Shown here: piece after piece, positions 31,021-40,262 of the stretch | How positions within the stretch are numbered: position 1 is the first letter of the stretch | Layout: every line of letters starts with the position of its first letter | NCBI GenBank assembly: GCA_963714795.1 | Contig: CAVQPS010000009.1 | Span: 806,709 to 870,708, forward strand | Length of the DNA: 64,000 bases | DNA from: an uncultured Ignavibacteriales bacterium | GTDB lineage: Bacteria; Bacteroidota; Ignavibacteria; UBA10030; SZUA-254 | Direction of reading: 5' to 3' | Translations under genes and position numbers: made by a program | The notes under the pieces: generated by a model | Told to the model about the DNA's origin: nothing | The model's input: the letters and a program-made list of their open reading frames with translations, nothing else | Databases searched by the model: none

Positions 31021-31025
31021 ATGAT

Positions 31026-31448
31026 ATGCCGGTTCGCACAGCAAATGCAGTCTGGGAAGGAGACCTCAAAAGCGGTAAAGGTCATATGAAGTTCGCCGCG
31101 TTCGATGGTCCGTATTCGTTCAGTTCACGATTTGAAGAAGGAAAAGGAACCAATCCCGAAGAACTTCTTGCCGCGGCTCACGCCGGTTGTTTTTCGATGG
31201 CATTTTCAGCAGGCTTGGCAAAGGCAGGATTCATGCCGAAAAGTGTTCGCACAACCGCGAAGGCAACATTGGAAAAAGTCGGTGAAGGATTTAAGATCAC
31301 GACAATGGAACTTGTCACCGAAGGCAATGTTCCCGGAATCGATAAGGCGAAATTTCAGGAAATTGCCGACGGTGCAAAGAAGGGCTGTCCTGTTTCTCAG
31401 GCGCTTGCCGGCGTCAATATCAAACTTTCCGCAACGCTTGTTCATTAA
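31026..31448 (+). CDS. osmC: OsmC/Ohr family peroxiredoxin-like protein
   Basis: 140 aa. AHAGCFSMAF and GCPVSQAL are the two conserved Cys motifs of OsmC. Confidence 0.85.
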   Translation: MPVRTANAVWEGDLKSGKGHMKFAAFDGPYSFSSRFEEGKGTNPEELLAAAHAGCFSMAFSAGLAKAGFMPKSVRTTAKATLEKVGEGFKITTMELVTEGNVPGIDKAKFQEIADGAKKGCPVSQALAGVNIKLSATLVH

Positions 31449-31472
31449 AAAATATTTTGGAATATTGATAAC

Positions 31473-31501
31473 GGGGTGAGAATTGTTCTCACCCTTTTTT
31501 A
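31473..31501 (+). terminator. Rho-independent terminator after osmC
   Basis: GGGGTGAGAA-TTG-TTCTCACCC stem-loop followed by TTTTTT. It is flanked by an outer inverted repeat GATAACGG...CCGTTATC. Confidence 0.8.
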
Positions 31502-31697
31502 TTGCCGTTATCGTTACAAATTTGGAGAATCGTGACGAAACCCGCACTCTTGCTCATTGTTTCAAACTGGAAAGTCATCCTTGTTTGCGTTTAAATAATA
31601 GGAACATCGTATATAGTTTCTTGAGATTTCTTGGGCATTTTGGTATATTACGGAACCATCAAGCTATCGAACATCCAACATTCTTCAGGAAAATTAT

Positions 31698-32882
31698 ATG
31701 ATCCACATTGCACAACGTATGAGCCGTCTCGGAACGGAAACAGCATTTGAAGTGCTTGCCAGAGCGCGGGCATTGGAAGCACAGGGAAAAGAAATCATTC
31801 ATCTTGAAATCGGCGAACCGGATTTTGATACGCCGATCAACATTCGCAACGCTGCAAAGAAAGCGATCGATGAGGGGATGACACATTATGGTCCGGCTGC
31901 AGGTTTGCCGGAAGCCCGGAAAACGATCGCAGCATATATTTCAAAAACGCGGAAGATCAGCGTCAATCCCGATCAGGTCGTTGTCACCCCGGGGGCAAAA
32001 CCGATCATGTTCTTTGTCGTTCTTGCCTGTGTCGACGAAGGGGATGAAGTGATATATCCTAATCCCGGATTTCCGATTTATGAATCGGCAATTGATTTTG
32101 TCGGTGCGAAATCGGTTCCCATTCAGTTGAAAGAAGAAAATGAATTTCGTATCAATATCGATGATTTGAAGAAATTGATTACGAAAAAGACCCGTCTGTT
32201 GATCCTCAACTCGCCGCAGAATCCGACCGGCGGCATTTTGACCGAAGCGGATATACGGGCTATTGCCGATCTTGCTATCAAACACGACTTTATGGTTCTG
32301 TCCGATGAAATTTATGATCAGATTATTTACGACGGATTTACGCCGCTCAGTATTGCGACAATTCCGGGCATGCAGGAACGCACAATTATTCTCGATGGAT
32401 TTTCCAAGACGTACGCGATGACGGGGTGGCGGCTGGGCTTCGGCGTGATGCCTGCCGAACTTGCCGCACATGTCACCCGGCTTCAAATAAACAGTACTTC
32501 GTGTACCGCTAGCTTTTCACAAATTGCCGCCATAGAAGCGTTAACTGGGCCTCGCCAGGACGTGCAGAAAATGGTAAAGGAATTCGAACGGCGCCGCAAT
32601 TTGATCGTAGAGGGATTGAATGCTATCGACGGTATTCGATGCCACAAGCCGCACGGTGCATTTTATGTGTTTCCCAATATTACCGGAACCGGACGTTCGT
32701 CACGCGAACTTGCCGACGTGCTGCTCACCGAGGCCGGTGTTGCGTGTTTATCGGGAACATCATTCGGTAAATTTGGCGAGGGATTTTTGCGGTTCTCGTA
32801 CGCGAATTCCGTTCCCAACATTGAAAAGGCGATTGCCCGCGTTGCCAAAACGGTAGAGCGGCGGACGACAGTACCCGCATAG
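31698..32882 (+). CDS. PLP-dependent aminotransferase class I (aspartate/aromatic aminotransferase-like)
   Basis: 394 aa. NSPQNPTGG, GFSKTYAMTGWRLGFG (the PLP-Lys region) and RFSYA are class-I aminotransferase motifs. Confidence 0.85.
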   Translation: MIHIAQRMSRLGTETAFEVLARARALEAQGKEIIHLEIGEPDFDTPINIRNAAKKAIDEGMTHYGPAAGLPEARKTIAAYISKTRKISVNPDQVVVTPGAKPIMFFVVLACVDEGDEVIYPNPGFPIYESAIDFVGAKSVPIQLKEENEFRINIDDLKKLITKKTRLLILNSPQNPTGGILTEADIRAIADLAIKHDFMVLSDEIYDQIIYDGFTPLSIATIPGMQERTIILDGFSKTYAMTGWRLGFGVMPAELAAHVTRLQINSTSCTASFSQIAAIEALTGPRQDVQKMVKEFERRRNLIVEGLNAIDGIRCHKPHGAFYVFPNITGTGRSSRELADVLLTEAGVACLSGTSFGKFGEGFLRFSYANSVPNIEKAIARVAKTVERRTTVPA

Positions 32883-32917
32883 CGGCTTTTTCCTTCGGAT
32901 AGTACCCAAAATAATTC

Positions 32918-32960
32918 TTGACATTGATTTTTGTTTTTTGTATACTTTAGTAGACTAAAG
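32918..32960 (+). promoter_or_regulatory. Sigma70-type promoter (TTGACA-17-TATACT). A perfect 7-2-7 palindrome CTTTAGT-AG-ACTAAAG overlaps the -10 and +1. It is a candidate operator for the YerC-like regulator.
   Basis: -35 at 32918-32923, 17-nt spacer, -10 at 32941-32946, palindrome at 32945-32960. The regulator ATG is at 32965. Confidence 0.6.
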
Positions 32961-32964
32961 TGCT

Positions 32965-33252
32965 ATGCGTAAAATAACCCGGGACGATATTGAATCGATG
33001 TACGGTGCGATTTTGTCGCTGCAAACGATGAATGAGGCGAAATTGTTTTTCCGTGATCTCCTGACGCAAACGGAAATTAATGAATGCGTCGAACGGTGGA
33101 AAGCCGCCCGGCTGCTTTCGGCGGGAGTTCCCTATACGCAGATCATCAGCGAGACCGGACTCAGTTCCACGACGGTCGCCCGCGTCGCCCGGTGGATGAA
33201 GAAGGGCACCGGCGGTTACCGCCTTGCTTTGCGCCGGACCCGGCCACAATAA
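32965..33252 (+). CDS. yerC: YerC/YecD (TrpR-related) family DNA-binding protein
   Basis: 95 aa. TQTEINECVERWKAARLLSAGVPYTQIISETGLSSTTVARVARW is the helix-turn-helix region characteristic of the TrpR/YerC family. Confidence 0.75.
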   Translation: MRKITRDDIESMYGAILSLQTMNEAKLFFRDLLTQTEINECVERWKAARLLSAGVPYTQIISETGLSSTTVARVARWMKKGTGGYRLALRRTRPQ

Positions 33253-33268
33253 TTTTTTTTATCAATTC

Positions 33269-33286
33269 ACTTTATTATACTAAAGT
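33269..33286 (+). promoter_or_regulatory. Near-palindrome ACTTTATTATACTAAAGT abutting the hisG start codon. It shares the ACTAAAG half-site with the upstream operator.
   Basis: 16 of 18 self-complementary. It sits after a short GC hairpin and T8 tract at 33236-33260. Confidence 0.45.
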
Positions 33287-34162
33287 ATGCTCGCACGAAA
33301 CGGTAGATTAAAGATCGCGATTCAGAAAGACGGCCGCATTACGGAAGATTCCATCGGGTTGCTGAAACATGCCGGCCTGGATTTTGATATCCGGTCGAGA
33401 GCGCTGTTTTCTCCCTGCCGGAATTTTCCGCTCGATGTGCTTGCCGTCCGGGATGACGATATACCGGAATACGTTCAGGATGGCGTGAGCGACCTCGGCA
33501 TCGTCGGTGAAAATATTGTCGCTGAAAAACGTGCACGCGTTAAGGTTGTCGAACGGATGGGATTCGGAAAATGCCGTTTGGTGATTTGCATTCCGAAAGG
33601 AAGCACCATCAAAACCATTTCACAGCTTCGCCGGAAGCGCATTGCAACATCGTACCCGGTAACCGTCAAACAATTCCTGCATGAACATTCGATTGAAGCT
33701 GAAATCATTGAGATCAGCGGATCGGTGGAAATTACACCCGCGCTGAATGTTGCCGATGCAACATGCGATATCGTCTCGACCGGAAGTACCGCCCGCGTGA
33801 ACGGGCTTGAGTTTCTTCATACCGTGATGGAATCCGAGGCGGTTTTGATCGCAAACGCAGATGCAGTCAAATCGGTAAAGAAAAAACCGGCCATCGATAA
33901 TCTTTTGGTCCGGATTCGAAGTCAATTGAATGCCCGCGGCAAAAAATATATCATGATGAACGCTCCGTCTAAGGCTATTCGAAATATTACGACGCTTATT
34001 CCCGGCATGAAAAGTCCCACCATCATGCCGTTAGCATCGTCCGATATGGTCGCCGTCCACTCGGTGGTCGGTGAAGATGTTTTTTGGGATGTGATCGATC
34101 AGTTAAAACGCGCCGGTGCTTCCGATATTGTCGTTCTTCCGATCGAAAAAATTATCGCATAA
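33287..34162 (+). CDS. hisG: ATP phosphoribosyltransferase (long form)
   Basis: RLKIAIQKDGRITEDSIGLLKHAGLDF, DIVSTGSTARVNGLE. 291 aa including the C-terminal regulatory domain. Confidence 0.92.
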   Translation: MLARNGRLKIAIQKDGRITEDSIGLLKHAGLDFDIRSRALFSPCRNFPLDVLAVRDDDIPEYVQDGVSDLGIVGENIVAEKRARVKVVERMGFGKCRLVICIPKGSTIKTISQLRRKRIATSYPVTVKQFLHEHSIEAEIIEISGSVEITPALNVADATCDIVSTGSTARVNGLEFLHTVMESEAVLIANADAVKSVKKKPAIDNLLVRIRSQLNARGKKYIMMNAPSKAIRNITTLIPGMKSPTIMPLASSDMVAVHSVVGEDVFWDVIDQLKRAGASDIVVLPIEKIIA

Positions 34163-34166
34163 TGGT

Positions 34167-35456
34167 ATGAAACGGTTCAATGTTTCACAAATAGATCTTC
34201 AGGCATTCATTAAACGTCTTCGTGGCTTGGTTCTCGACGAAGGAACTGTTGAATCTGTTCGTGTTATGATACGGGAAGTTGCCTCGCGGGGGGATGATGC
34301 TGTTCGAATGTTGACGAAACAATTCGACCGTGTGACGATGGAAGATCTTTCTGTTACCGATGAGGAATTTATTCAGGCAAAAAACGTCACTTTGGCAACT
34401 ATTGTCAATGCACTTTCTGTCGCTGCTAATAATATCGAACAATTTCACCGCGCTCAACTTCCAAAGCCGGTAGAAGTTCAAACGATGCGGGGCGTTGTGT
34501 GCCGCCGTGAGTGGCGGCCGATTCGTCGGGTTGGGCTTTATGTTCCCGGCGGCTCTGCACCACTGATCTCGACGGTTTTGATGCTCGGCATTCCGGCCCG
34601 CATTGCCGGTTGTGAGGAAGTAATACTTTGTACGCCGCCGGCAGGGTCGGGGGAAATTTCGGCGGCTCTCCTTGTTGCCGCGGAAATGGTCGGCATCAAA
34701 CGGGTTTATAAAATTGGAGGCGCGCAGGCGATTGCCGCCATGGCCGTTGGAACAACAACGATTCCCCGTGTCGATAAAATATTCGGTCCGGGCAACCGGT
34801 TTGTTTCTGCCGCCAAATCGATCGTTTCACATCCGCCGTATAATGTCGCCATCGATATGCTTGCCGGTCCGTCGGAGCTTCTGATTGTAGCCGACGAATC
34901 TGCAAATCCCCGATGGGTTGCCGCCGATCTGTTATCACAGGCCGAGCATGGAAAAGATTCTCCCGTTTTTCTCATTTCAACTTCGTCATCATTTGTCGAT
35001 GAGGTTGAAAAATGGATTTCTGTTCAACGATCAAGTCTGACCCGATCGGCGATGATTGAAGAATCGATTCGCAACAGTGTTGCCCTCGTTGTCGACCATC
35101 TTGATGATGCGATCCGGGTTGCAAACGAATATGCGTCGGAGCATTTGATTCTCGCGGTGAACAATCCCGGCAAAATTATTCCCCGCATTCAAAATGCCGG
35201 GTCGGTATTTATCGGTAATCTGACTTCGGTTGTCTTCGGTGATTATGCCTCCGGAACGAATCATACATTGCCGACGAACGGTTCGGCCGTTTCAACCGGC
35301 GGATTAACGGTAGAGAGTTTCATGAAGCCGATTTCATTTCAATCAATAACGAATGAGGGATTTCAGAATCTTGCGGCAGTCGCCAAAACCCTTGCTCAAG
35401 CCGAAGGTTTGGATGCACATGCAAACGCCGTGGCTGTTCGAGAGGTGACGATATGA
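34167..35456 (+). CDS. hisD: Histidinol dehydrogenase
   Basis: Start MKRFNV at 34167. GGSAPLISTVLMLGIPARIAGC, IYKIGGAQAIAAMAVGT, LSQAEHG are HisD motifs. Confidence 0.92.
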   Translation: MKRFNVSQIDLQAFIKRLRGLVLDEGTVESVRVMIREVASRGDDAVRMLTKQFDRVTMEDLSVTDEEFIQAKNVTLATIVNALSVAANNIEQFHRAQLPKPVEVQTMRGVVCRREWRPIRRVGLYVPGGSAPLISTVLMLGIPARIAGCEEVILCTPPAGSGEISAALLVAAEMVGIKRVYKIGGAQAIAAMAVGTTTIPRVDKIFGPGNRFVSAAKSIVSHPPYNVAIDMLAGPSELLIVADESANPRWVAADLLSQAEHGKDSPVFLISTSSSFVDEVEKWISVQRSSLTRSAMIEESIRNSVALVVDHLDDAIRVANEYASEHLILAVNNPGKIIPRIQNAGSVFIGNLTSVVFGDYASGTNHTLPTNGSAVSTGGLTVESFMKPISFQSITNEGFQNLAAVAKTLAQAEGLDAHANAVAVREVTI

Positions 35457-36496
35457 TCGATTCATTGGTTCGAAAACACCTGCGGTCGTTTCAGCCGTAC
35501 AAATCGGCAAGGAGCGAAACGCATCAAGCTTCAATTTTTTTAGACGCAAACGAATTGTCGATCGGTAGCCCCGTTTCATTCGGTGATATTGCATTGAATC
35601 GCTATCCCGATCCGTATCAGCTTGCTCTTCGCAGAAAGCTTGCTTCCCGGTTCGGAATTTCTTCTGACATGATTTTTCCCGGCGTCGGTTCCGATGAAAT
35701 TATCGATTTGCTGATACGCCTTTTTTGCGAACCGGCAACTGACCGGGTGTTGGTTCTTGAGCCGACGTACGGTGTGTATCGCGTTGCATCGGACGTAAAT
35801 GCCGTTCAAGTCAAAACCGTTCAACTCAACGAGGAATTTCACATCGATCTTCAATCGACGCTTCAGGCGGTAACACCGGATGTAAAAATTATTTTTTGTT
35901 GTTCTCCGAATAATCCAACCGGCAATCTTTTGCGCCGCGAAGATATTCTGGCGTTGTGCAAACAGGTTCGGGGAATCGTGGTGGTCGATGAAGCATATAT
36001 TGAATTTTCCGAAAAAGCGTCGAGTCTGGCTTCCGATGTTTCCCGTGTTCCCAATCTTGTTGTTCTGCGAACATTATCAAAAGCATGGGGGCTTGCCGGG
36101 ATTCGTCTCGGCTATTGTATCGCGAACTCTTCAATCGTTTCATATTTGCTTGCAATCAAATCTCCGTACAACGTGAATGCTGTAACCATACAGCTTGCGT
36201 ATGAAGCGTTAAGCAACGCGGCCTTTTTCGAGAGCGCGCGGTCGATAATTATAACGGAACGCGATCGGGTCCGCCGGGGACTTGAACGGCTTTCATGTGC
36301 CCGGAAGATTTATCCAAGTGAAACAAATTTTTTGTTGATAGAATTCGATGATCCCAAAAAAGTTTTTGAAGTGCTCTATCGAAACGGTATTGTCGTCCGG
36401 CGCAGGAACGAACAGCGCCTGTCTCAGTGTTTGCGGATGACGATCGGCACACCGGAAGAAAATTCGTTGGTATTAAAAATTTTATCGGAAATGTGA
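35453..36496 (+). CDS. hisC: Histidinol-phosphate aminotransferase
   Basis: LDANE...NRYPDP, CSPNNPTGN, LRTLSKAWGLAGIRLGY (PLP-Lys). The ATGA overlaps hisD. Confidence 0.9.
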   Translation: MIDSLVRKHLRSFQPYKSARSETHQASIFLDANELSIGSPVSFGDIALNRYPDPYQLALRRKLASRFGISSDMIFPGVGSDEIIDLLIRLFCEPATDRVLVLEPTYGVYRVASDVNAVQVKTVQLNEEFHIDLQSTLQAVTPDVKIIFCCSPNNPTGNLLRREDILALCKQVRGIVVVDEAYIEFSEKASSLASDVSRVPNLVVLRTLSKAWGLAGIRLGYCIANSSIVSYLLAIKSPYNVNAVTIQLAYEALSNAAFFESARSIIITERDRVRRGLERLSCARKIYPSETNFLLIEFDDPKKVFEVLYRNGIVVRRRNEQRLSQCLRMTIGTPEENSLVLKILSEM

Positions 36497-37590
36497 TGAA
36501 GAAAATTGTTTTTATCGACCGTGACGGTACAATGATTCGTGAACCACGGGACAAGCAAATTGATTCCCTTGAAAAACTGGAATTAATACCCGGCATTATT
36601 TCGGGCTTGGAGTTATTGCGTGATGCAGGATTTTCTCTGGTCATGGTAAGCAATCAGGATGGACTGGGTACGAAACGCTATCCGAAGCGGGCGTTTCAGG
36701 AAGTTCAACAAAAAATTTTAACATTGCTCGACGGTGAAGGGATTCATTTCGAAAAAATATTTATCTGTCCGCACTATGCAAAAGACACCTGTTCCTGCCG
36801 GAAACCGAAGACCGGGCTGGTGGATCGTTTTTTGAAGCAGAACAAGATCGATGAATCGCATTCGTTCGTTCTCGGCGACCGCGATACGGACGTTGTACTT
36901 GCCAAGAATATCGGTGTGCGATCCGTTCAGTATTCATCCGGGAAAAAATCGAAGGCGGAATATCATACCGCAGATATGTTGGATGCCTGCCGGTATATTG
37001 CGCGATCTGCCCGATCATCATCGCTGCGAAGAAAAACCTCGGAAACCGATATAACAGCGCGGGTGTGGCTTGACGGAAACGGTTCGTATGAAGTTCATAC
37101 CGGGATCGGATTTTTCGATCATATGATTGCACAGCTTGCAAAACATTCCGGCATCGATCTGGTTCTGAATGTCGCCGGCGACCTTCATATCGACGAACAT
37201 CATTCTGTCGAAGATGCCGGAATTGTTCTCGGCGAAGTTCTTCGGCAGGCGCTCGGGGAAAAGCGCGGCATCAACCGGTACGGATTTACCGCTCCGCTTG
37301 ATGAAGCTGTTGCGAATGTCGTGCTTGATCTCAGCGGCAGAAGATTTCTTTCTTTTTCGTGCAAGTTTTCGCGCCCCAACGTTGGCGGGCTGCCGACCGA
37401 ATTAGTGGAAGATTTTTTCCGCGCGCTTGCCGACGGATTGCAGGCAACGATCCATATTTCCTGCCGCGGGAGAAATGACCATCATAACATTGAAGCAATT
37501 TTCAAATCCTTTGCTCGTGCGCTGAAACAGGCAATACAGATTGATGAGAGACGCCGCAATCTTTTGCCGACCACCAAGGGAAAATTATGA
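36496..37590 (+). CDS. hisB: Bifunctional histidinol-phosphatase / imidazoleglycerol-phosphate dehydratase
   Basis: N-terminal HAD-like IVFIDRDGTMI, and a C-terminal IGPD domain with repeated DxHHxxE motifs (HIDEHHSVED, DHHNIEA). Confidence 0.9.
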   Translation: MKKIVFIDRDGTMIREPRDKQIDSLEKLELIPGIISGLELLRDAGFSLVMVSNQDGLGTKRYPKRAFQEVQQKILTLLDGEGIHFEKIFICPHYAKDTCSCRKPKTGLVDRFLKQNKIDESHSFVLGDRDTDVVLAKNIGVRSVQYSSGKKSKAEYHTADMLDACRYIARSARSSSLRRKTSETDITARVWLDGNGSYEVHTGIGFFDHMIAQLAKHSGIDLVLNVAGDLHIDEHHSVEDAGIVLGEVLRQALGEKRGINRYGFTAPLDEAVANVVLDLSGRRFLSFSCKFSRPNVGGLPTELVEDFFRALADGLQATIHISCRGRNDHHNIEAIFKSFARALKQAIQIDERRRNLLPTTKGKL

Positions 37591-38189
37591 TCGGCGTTGT
37601 CGATTATGAAGCAGGAAATATTGCCTCCGTCAGCAATGCATTGTCAACGCTTGGTGCTGAATTTATTGTCAGCGGCAGAGCGGATGATTTGTCGCGGTGT
37701 GGCGGCATTATCCTTCCGGGGGTCGGTGCCGCATCCGGCGCGATGCAATCGTTGCGGGAACGAGGTTTGATTGATTTTTTACGGTCTGCCCGTGTTCCTT
37801 TCATGGGAATTTGTTTGGGAATGCAGATTTTATATGAAAATTCTGCCGAAGGCGATACACAGTGCCTTGGAATTTTTCCGGGAATGATAAAAAAACTGAA
37901 TGTCTCGGCCGAAAAAATTCCGCATATGGGCTGGAACCGGGTAGAGATCATAGCACCGCATCCGTTGATGAACGGGATTCGATCGAATGATTTTTTTTAT
38001 TTTGCCCATTCCTATATCGCACCGGTGGACGATTGTACGATTGGAATTACCGCCAGCGGCGAACGATTTGCTGCTGTCGTCGCGAAAGAAAATTATGTTG
38101 GTGTTCAATTTCATCCGGAAAAATCCGGCGCGAGCGGACTTCATCTCTTACGAAATTTTATCGAATTATGTTCATCATCCCGGCAATAG
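37587..38189 (+). CDS. hisH: Imidazole glycerol phosphate synthase, glutamine amidotransferase subunit
   Basis: GVCLGMQIL (catalytic Cys), and HPEKSG near the C-terminus. Confidence 0.9.
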   Translation: MIGVVDYEAGNIASVSNALSTLGAEFIVSGRADDLSRCGGIILPGVGAASGAMQSLRERGLIDFLRSARVPFMGICLGMQILYENSAEGDTQCLGIFPGMIKKLNVSAEKIPHMGWNRVEIIAPHPLMNGIRSNDFFYFAHSYIAPVDDCTIGITASGERFAAVVAKENYVGVQFHPEKSGASGLHLLRNFIELCSSSRQ

Positions 38190-38887
38190 ATATCATTCAA
38201 AATTCGTGTGTTCGCCTCACGGAAGGTTCGTATTCTTCCGTGAAGAATTATTCTGTTTCACCGGAGGTTATGGCGAAAGAATTTATTGGTGCCGGCGCAA
38301 CCCATCTTCATGTTGTCGATCTTGAAGGCGCCAAACAAGGAAATGTTATCAACTGGGACGCTCTTGTTGCAATACGGAAATTGAAGAGTGTTACTCTCCA
38401 GTTCGGCGGCGGCGTACGGTCGGAGGCGGATGTAATTCGGCTTATCGATATCGGAGTCGACCGCATTATCATCGGAAGCATCGCATTACTTTCTCCGACC
38501 ATCTTACAGCAATGGATCGACCGTTTCGGTTCTGAACGATTCTGTGTTGCGCTCGATTTCAAAGATGGAACGATTGCTACACACGGCTGGCAAAAAGTTA
38601 CTCAATCAACATACAATGATGTGGTGCCCGGATTAATAAAAATCGGTGTGAAGAATTTTCTTTCGACTGATATTCGGAAAGACGGAATGATGAGCGGTCC
38701 GAATTTTGAACTCTATAAAAACCTTGTCAGCACGTTTCCTTCTGCCGATTGGTTTGCATCCGGCGGCGTGCATTCTCCGGAAGATATCCGTCAGTTGAAG
38801 ACGACCGGTGTGACCGGAGCGATTATCGGTAAAGCATTATATGAAGGAAAGTTACGATTGAAAGATATATTGGAGTTGCAATGCTGA
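38168..38887 (+). CDS. hisA: 1-(5-phosphoribosyl)-5-[(5-phosphoribosylamino)methylideneamino]imidazole-4-carboxamide isomerase
   Basis: Start MFIIPAIDIIQNSCVRL at 38168. (beta/alpha)8 HisA pattern: VVDLEGA, GGGVRS. It overlaps hisH. Confidence 0.88.
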   Translation: MFIIPAIDIIQNSCVRLTEGSYSSVKNYSVSPEVMAKEFIGAGATHLHVVDLEGAKQGNVINWDALVAIRKLKSVTLQFGGGVRSEADVIRLIDIGVDRIIIGSIALLSPTILQQWIDRFGSERFCVALDFKDGTIATHGWQKVTQSTYNDVVPGLIKIGVKNFLSTDIRKDGMMSGPNFELYKNLVSTFPSADWFASGGVHSPEDIRQLKTTGVTGAIIGKALYEGKLRLKDILELQC

Positions 38888-39636
38888 CACGTCGAATAAT
38901 TCCCTGCCTCGATGTGCTTGACGGAAGGGTGGTCAAAGGGAAAAAATTTCAAAAACTTACCGACGTCGGAGACCCGGTAGAACTTGCCGCACGATATTCC
39001 GATGAAGGAGCAGATGAAATTGTTCTTCTCGATATTTCTGCCTCGCTGGAATTCCGGAAACCGTTTTTCGATCTCGTTGCCGATGTGGCGAAACATGTCG
39101 CTATTCCGCTGACGGTCGGCGGAGGGATCCGTTCGCTTGACGATATTATTTCACTCCTCCGGTGCGGTGCCGATAAAGTATCTCTGAATACCGTTTTGAC
39201 TGACGATCCGTTCTTGTTAGGTCGTGCGGCCGAGCGTGTCGGCACACAGGCGCTGGTTGCTGCAATTGATGTTCAACGCCGAAACGGTTCGTGGACGGTT
39301 CATGTGAAAAGCGGCACGGAACAAACCGGTCGTGATGCGCTTGCGTGGGCGAAAACTGTTGTGGATCACGGCGCCGGTGAGTTATTGATCACATCGATCG
39401 ATCACGACGGCATGAAACAAGGTTATGATGTTGAACTGCTGGCGAAACTTTCAACGCTGGTTAAGGTGCCGATTGTCGCTTCCGGCGGCGCCGGGACGGT
39501 TCAACATCTTCTCGATGCACTTTCTCTCGGCCGCGCCGACGCGGTGCTCGCGGCAAGCATTTTTCATTTTAAAGAAATTTCCATTATCCAATTAAAACAA
39601 TTTCTTTCTGCGGAAGGACTTCCGGTGCGATTATGA
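38881..39636 (+). CDS. hisF: Imidazole glycerol phosphate synthase cyclase subunit
   Basis: MLTRRIIPCLDV..., TVGGGIRS, ASGGAG are classic HisF residues. Confidence 0.92.
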   Translation: MLTRRIIPCLDVLDGRVVKGKKFQKLTDVGDPVELAARYSDEGADEIVLLDISASLEFRKPFFDLVADVAKHVAIPLTVGGGIRSLDDIISLLRCGADKVSLNTVLTDDPFLLGRAAERVGTQALVAAIDVQRRNGSWTVHVKSGTEQTGRDALAWAKTVVDHGAGELLITSIDHDGMKQGYDVELLAKLSTLVKVPIVASGGAGTVQHLLDALSLGRADAVLAASIFHFKEISIIQLKQFLSAEGLPVRL

Positions 39637-40232
39637 TTGAGAAATTACAATTTGATAAACTCAACGGCATTGTTCCCGCAATTATTCAGGATGCTGATGA
39701 CGGCACGGTCCTGATGGTCGGTTTTATGAATCGTGAAGCGGTGGAGCAGACGCTCAGGGATCGTCAGGTTATTTTTTGGAGCCGCACCAAACAGCGTCTC
39801 TGGAAAAAAGGTGAAACATCCGGAAATATTCTTCATGTTGTGTCGGTCGTGACGGATTGCGATAATGATTCACTGCTTATTACCGTAAAACCGTCAGGCC
39901 CAGTCTGTCATACCGGCGAACGGAGCTGTTTTCCCGAAGCTTCTTCTCGGATCGGTGCAACGCTCCAGAATCTCGAAACAGTTATTCAATCCAGAAAAAA
40001 AGAAATGCCGGCCGGTTCCTATACAACAGAATTATTCAGGAAGGGTGTTGCCAGAATTGCGCAGAAAGTCGGGGAAGAAGCTGTGGAGCTTTCGATTGCT
40101 GCGCAGTATAACGACAAACAACGAATCATGGAAGAAACAGCCGATTTGTTGTATCATACCATTGTACTTCTCGCAGAAAAAGGAATTACGATGCAGGATA
40201 TTTATCGGGAACTTGGGAAAAGGGTGAAATAG
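39633..40232 (+). CDS. hisI: Bifunctional phosphoribosyl-AMP cyclohydrolase / phosphoribosyl-ATP pyrophosphatase
   Basis: N-terminal HisI (VPAIIQD...CHTGERSCF). C-terminal HisE (EEAVELSIAAQYNDKQRIMEETADLLYH). Confidence 0.9.
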   Translation: MIEKLQFDKLNGIVPAIIQDADDGTVLMVGFMNREAVEQTLRDRQVIFWSRTKQRLWKKGETSGNILHVVSVVTDCDNDSLLITVKPSGPVCHTGERSCFPEASSRIGATLQNLETVIQSRKKEMPAGSYTTELFRKGVARIAQKVGEEAVELSIAAQYNDKQRIMEETADLLYHTIVLLAEKGITMQDIYRELGKRVK

Positions 40233-40262
40233 GGTAATCGGCTTTTTGAGTTTTCACCGATA

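Noticed and set aside
30925-31025. AT-rich stretch before osmC, considered as a transposon end or att site
   Set aside because: There are no flanking direct repeats, and no integrase or transposase nearby. The sequence fits a promoter/operator region.
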